Source of the DNA: Savitreella phatthalungensis
Lineage: Eukaryota
Direction of reading: 5' to 3'
NCBI GenBank assembly: GCA_051599415.1
Contig: AP039692.1
Span: 682,001 to 714,618 of the forward strand
Length of the DNA: 32,618 nt
The translations under genes and the position numbers were made by a program. Positions 30,524-32,618 of the stretch are shown in pieces. Each line of letters opens with the position of its first letter. Position 1 is the first letter of the stretch. The notes under the pieces were generated by a model. It did not search any database. It saw nothing but the letters and a program-made list of their open reading frames with translations, and had not been told where the DNA came from.

Positions 30524-30607
30524 TGCTCCAAGCAGGATTTGAACCCAAGACCTCAAACCCAAAGTTCAAATTCTGCCAGACCAGCATCTACCCTCCATGC
30601 ACAAAGC
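30524..30607 (-). pseudogene. Decayed tRNA-like / Pol III B-box element
   Basis: Minus strand reads GCTTTGT GCATGGAGGGTAGATGC ... AGGTCTTGGGTTCAAATCCTGCTTGGAGCA: acceptor-like ends, D-like hairpin and a GGTTCRAATCC B-box. The anticodon arm is unresolved. Confidence 0.4.
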
Positions 30608-30970
30608 TTGTGACTCAGTAGCTTGGTGGGGGCCAGACCACCGTGCCAGGAGACCAAGGGCCTTGCGTTGTCAGCACGTGGCAAACACAGTATATAAACC
30701 CAATCTAACTCAGACAATGAAAAACCATTGTACATGTGAAATGTTTTTTATAGAGTTGATCAATGGCGTCATGATGAGACTAGTCTCGTGATCATCCGAC
30801 ATCTGGATCAGAAGATATGTCCAATTACAGTGGACAAAATGAGAGAATGATGTCATGTTGCGCACACATAGTGGGCAAGATAAGATGAGATATATAGTGT
30901 AGAAGCCTGTAGCCTCTAACACATCACACCAATCAACATAAGCGCCAGCCAGGCGCTACAATGCTGGCCT

Positions 30971-31231
30971 CCAGCAGCCGCAGCAGCAGCACAGCACAGC
31001 ACAGCAGCAGCAGCAGCAGCAGCAGCGGCAGCAGCAGTGGCAGCAGCAGTGGCAGCAGCAGTGGCAGCAGTAGGAACAGCAGTAGGAACAGCAGCAGTAA
31101 TGAATGCAGCAGTAATGAATGCAGCAGTAGTAACGGCAGCAGCAGTGAATGCAGCAGTTGCTGTAGTAGTGGCAGTATTAGAAGGAGTGAAGGGAATGTC
31201 AGATGTAGTCAGTGTGGTAGCAGCAGCAGCC
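30971..31231. repeat. CAG/GCA-rich low-complexity microsatellite
   Basis: Runs of cagcagcag with gcagcagtg and gcagtaatgaat variants. Confidence 0.88.
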
Positions 31232-32359
31232 ATCACAGTCTATAAAGCACAGACTAAATAATTGAATGAGGCATACAAGGAGCACAGACAGGCACAGACA
31301 CAACATAGTGGACAGATTACAGCGCATGACAGTGGCAAGTACATGCGACAGTGCACAAGACAGTCAAGAGGAGCAAGTGAGAGCGAGTAAGTTGTGGAGG
31401 AAAGGGCACAGCACAGCGCAAGCAATGGATTTGACAAGCAACAGTTGAGGGAACAGTGCATGCCATGTGACAATGGAGTCAATCACAGTCAATTGATGTT
31501 GCACAACAGGCGCCAGGGCCAATTGCAGTCAAAGGAATGAGAATGCAGGCAACAGAGTAGGGTCAGAGCCAAGTAAGTGGTGTTTATAACAAGCAGAGAC
31601 AGAGTCAGTGGCAGGGCCAGGTGACAAATGACAGTGACAAGTGACAGTGCAGTTTGAACAGATGACAGCAATCAGCCAATGGCAGTGCAGTAATGAAACA
31701 AGGTACAGTGCGGGCAACAAGTGTGTGATACACAACCAGGGTTGACAGGTCAACAGCAATTGGCCGATCCAGGGTTTGACAAATGCCAGGCCACAGAGCA
31801 GGGCAATGAGGCAAGTAGTAGCGCAGGTGATGGTATTTGAGAGATGATGACATGAGTGAGAGTGCAGATAACACCGGGTGACAGATGATGGTGCAGGCAA
31901 CAGCACATGGCAGACAATGGTGCAGATAACAGGATTTGAAGGAGACCAGGCAGGTAACAACATTTGACAGAGACAGGGACAGGGCAGGTGACAGCATGTG
32001 AGGGTTGCAGATGAAACAGATGGCAGGGTTTTTAAGGGTAGGAATGTGGGGAGCAAATGGCATGGGATGATTCAGGTAAACGGTAAATAGGAGGAAGAGT
32101 GTCAGATGGATCAGGGATTGAGAGCAGGAGTACGGCAGAGAGAGGAGCAGCAAAGAGGAGCAGCAAGGAGACAGCAAGATGATCATAATGTTGAAGACCA
32201 GCAGGCGCGTATGCGTGCGGACAGGTGTAGTGCAGCAAGGCAGCAAGTGGGAGCAAAGAAACAAGGTTAGCAAGCGAGTGAGCAAGCAAGCGAGCGAGCA
32301 AGCAAGCAAAGCGGAGCAACGGTTGGGGCATTGGTTAGTTTGACGGCGGTTAGTTTTTG

Positions 32360-32477
32360 TGGGTTTGTGTCAGGGTCAGGGTTTGTGTCAGGGTTAGGGT
32401 TAAGGGTTAGGGTTTGTGTCAGGGTTAGGGTTAAGGGTTAGGGTTAGGGTTAGGGTTAGGGTTAGGGTTAGGGTTAG

Positions 32478-32515
<38 letters not shown>

Positions 32516-32552
32516 GGTTAGGGTTAGGGTTAGGGTTAGGGTTAGGGTTAGG
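32360..32552 (+). repeat. Telomere (TTAGGG)n with proximal variant units
   Basis: Near-perfect ttaggg array; proximal gggtttgtgtca, tcaggg and ttaaggg variants; G-rich strand runs toward the end. Confidence 0.97.
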
Positions 32553-32618
32553 TGCTCGCAAAGGCAGAAAGGGTAGTCTTAACCTTAGCAATACGTAACT
32601 GAACGAAAGTAGTCTTAA
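32550..32618 (-). other. Oxford Nanopore native barcode (NB06-like) plus ligation adapter; sequencing artefact
   Basis: AGGTGC-TCGCAAAGGCAGAAAG(GG)TAGTC-TTAACCTT-AGCAATACGTAACTGAACGAA matches, from memory, the reverse complement of the native-barcode flanks, barcode GACTACTTTCTGCCTTTGCGAGAA and adapter TTCGTTCAGTTACGTATTGCT. Confidence 0.93.

Noticed and set aside
30067..32331. Subtelomeric ORFs (NAGNAG repeats, poly-A/S, Leu/Cys/His-rich ORFs of 99-234 aa)
   Set aside because: They are by-products of simple repeats and strand-biased composition. I see no gag, RT, transposase or RecQ motifs.
32553..32618. Novel telomere-capping sequence or interstitial telomere
   Set aside because: Explained by the nanopore barcode and adapter.

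Overview
This window is the right end of a chromosome from a very compact, intron-poor fungal genome. A Taphrinomycotina-like ascomycete is my inference from protein style and TTAGGG telomeres. About 22 tightly packed genes fill 1-29.95 kb: AcrB-like, eIF3i, an RGS-like protein, UPF0658, GAA1, CysRS, Cwf19, Prp31, Arg8, Med9-like, AlkB, PHYHD1, cyclin H, Plp1, an orphan, Trm11, Noc2, SmD3, PRMT1, Snapin/Snn1-like, urease and a DHA1 MFS transporter. They are followed by a ~2.3 kb CpG-depleted repetitive subtelomere, TTAGGG repeats, and an untrimmed Oxford Nanopore barcode/adapter. Main observations: (1) a fungal-type urease with only the catalytic alpha (UreC) chain, lacking the gamma/beta parts fused in eukaryotic ureases; (2) operon-like same-strand overlaps, namely a Snn1-like ORF free of internal ATGs overlapping the urease start, a TGATG stop/start junction between Med9-like and AlkB, and 35-36 nt spacers in NOC2-TRM11-orphan; (3) a sharp CpG-decay boundary at the subtelomere, which contains a tRNA-like/B-box element. 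All family calls come from motif recognition by eye, not database searches.
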